Source of the DNA: the human T2T-CHM13v2.0 reference genome, Homo sapiens
Direction: 5' to 3'
NCBI GenBank assembly: GCA_009914755.4
Contig: CP086569.2
Span: forward strand, 7,456,001 to 7,520,000
Length of the DNA: 64,000 nucleotides
Each line of letters starts with the position of its first letter. Position 1 is the first letter of the stretch. Made by a program: the position numbers and the translations under genes. This document shows positions 62,416-64,000 of this stretch, piece by piece. Below the pieces are notes generated by a model. It did not search any database and was not told the origin of the DNA. It saw nothing but the letters and a program-made list of their open reading frames with translations.

Positions 62416-63520
62416 CATACATACATACATACATACATACATACATACATACATACATAGATACATAGATACAGCAATATTGCAGGGCATGATGGTGGTG
62501 CCTGTAATCTCAGCTACATGGGAGGTTGAGGAAAGCAAATTGCTTTAACCTGTGGTGCAGAGGTTGCAGTATGCTGAGATTGCACCACTGCACTCCAGGC
62601 CAGGCAAGAGTGAGAGACTTTGTCTTAAAAAAATAAATAAATAAAAAGAGAGAGAGAGAGAGAATCACTCCACCTAGATGCTGGGGTCAGCAGTATGTAA
62701 TAAACTTTCCTCTTGGCAAAGTATAGAATATGAAGGAAAGTAACATCACTTAGGTTTTGCAATCAGAGGTATGTCACAATTTATTTGGTAAGTGGGACCC
62801 AGGCAGGAGGGGAGAGTCACTTTACCAAGTTTTTAAGTCAAATCATATTTCACAGTTTCCTCTGGGGGCAGGACACAGGCAGGAGAGACAAATAACCTAA
62901 CTTATTGTCCAAGAGATATGTGACAATATACCCTGTTGGCAGGTTCCACACAGAAGAGTCACATTATTATGATTCTAACCCAGAGATATGCCACAATGCA
63001 CCCAAGAGAAGAAATTTAAACCAAAAATTCTCAACACCTGGGTACTAGGCCTAGTTATATGCCAAATCTTCTTGTCTTTGAGGGTGACACCATTAACTCT
63101 GAGCTGAATGTGTATATGAGAGTCACAATCTCATGTGTTTCCTGGGTTGTTGTATGAACCTTAATATGTACTACATATTAAGTCTTTATACAGCATGCAT
63201 GAGATTTGAAAACCATTTGGAGAACTTCATACTCCTATGGATTCACGATCTTACATACTGCCCTAAAACCACAAATAATAGTCAGTATCTCTGCTGTAGG
63301 CTGGGTCCAGGTATGAAAACCATTATTATGCCTATGAGCTGGATCCAGAAATGAGCCACCATCTGACCTGTGGCCAGATCCATATATGGGCACAATACCA
63401 ACTTGTACTGAATTCACTTGTTAGAATCAGGACCTTAACAGTGTGTTTTGGACACATGGGATGGTGTCAACATCTGCTTTTACCTGGATGTGTAATCAAT
63501 AGTCCCAATCTGAGCTTTAT
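57917..63520 (+). repeat. Beta-satellite-like block 2 (about one HOR copy, same orientation as block 1)
   Basis: Same monomers. The same sub-modules in the same order as block 1 (e.g. 58060 vs 13553, 58140-58240 vs 13880-13980, 60100 vs 10770, 60700 vs 11380, 61560 vs 12240). Diverges from the HOR after about 63520. Confidence 0.75.
62232..62650 (+). mobile_element. Alu SINE inside satellite block 2 carrying an internal (TAGA)n-(TACA)n tetranucleotide microsatellite (62363-62462) in its middle A-rich region
   Basis: AGCCAGGTGTGGTGGCTCATGCCTGTAATCCCAGCAC, then (GATA)10(CATA)12, then the Alu right arm and an A/(GA)n tail. Confidence 0.88.
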
Positions 63521-64000
63521 GCAGGTCTTTTTCATAAAACCCTGCCAAGTCTGCCCCACAGAAACAGCCCAAGTGATGGATGAAAGAATATCACTGACAC
63601 ATGTATTTTTCCTGAGAGTGTGGTTAGCTGACTGTATGTTTAACACTGTCGATGAGAGTGCAGCAACAGCATCAGGAGAAGGAGTAGCTGAGACTGTAGC
63701 CACTATGAAGAGAGTGCAAGACCCACCAAAAGGATTCAGCAGCTGCTGAGAGAGTATAATTGCAACAGCAGCAAAGTGTGTAGAGCAGCAGTAGCTGAGA
63801 GTGCAGCGGTGAACATCCGGTGACGCTCAAATTTATTTAGTAGAGATTTAATAACAAAGGCTTGGAGCAAACCCAGTTTGTGTTTAATAAACATTTTCCA
63901 CTTCTCGATTAGAGAGCAGTCCTGCATGCAAATGATCAAAGGTTGGTTTCTGGAGACATATGTAAACCAATGTATGTAGATAAGCCCCTTTGCATTCCCT

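Overview
This window is human (or great-ape) genomic DNA, not prokaryotic. It contains many Alu elements, an inverted/truncated L1, a gamma-like endogenous retrovirus and a KRAB-type C2H2 zinc-finger exon. I found no CRISPR array, operon or other microbial system. Layout: (1) 1-3.6 kb, low-copy sequence with one Alu and a (CA)n tract. (2) ~3.6-26.9 kb, a ~23 kb tandem array of ~68-70 bp monomers carrying a conserved ATATGTCACAAT core and occasional Sau3A (GATC) sites. I interpret this as beta-satellite. It is built as a ~5-6 kb higher-order repeat (HOR) present in about 4 copies and interrupted by one Alu. (3) ~26.9-57.9 kb, a TE-rich island. It holds a ~10.2 kb class I (gammaretrovirus-like) ERV provirus with two ~650 bp LTRs that differ by roughly 5% by eye, and degraded gag-pro-pol-env. 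Directly downstream sits an L1 (L1P-type) with a classic twin-priming 5' inversion and a 12/13-nt target-site duplication. The island also holds several Alus with seeded microsatellites, an older LINE fragment, and on the minus strand a decayed terminal zinc-finger exon of a ZNF91-subfamily KRAB-ZNF gene (pseudogene). (4) ~57.9-63.5 kb, a second beta-satellite block in the same orientation and HOR phase, carrying an Alu with an internal (TAGA)n/(TACA)n microsatellite. KRAB-ZNF sequence embedded in beta-satellite is characteristic of the 19p12 ZNF91-family cluster. I cannot confirm the chromosome from sequence alone. Most ORFs in the six-frame track fall in satellite or microsatellite DNA and are not genes. 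The only substantial real coding remnant is the 623-aa retroviral pol ORF (RT thumb/connection, RNase H, integrase N-terminus), which I call a fossil and not a host gene. I rank three observations highest. First, the provirus sits in the second copy of a 230-bp tandem duplication whose first copy preserves the uninterrupted integration site. Second, the satellite HOR units are 5.98, 5.09 and 6.19 kb long and contain an internal 1.8 kb partial re-duplication. Third, the ZNF pseudo-exon retains an intact 3' splice acceptor.
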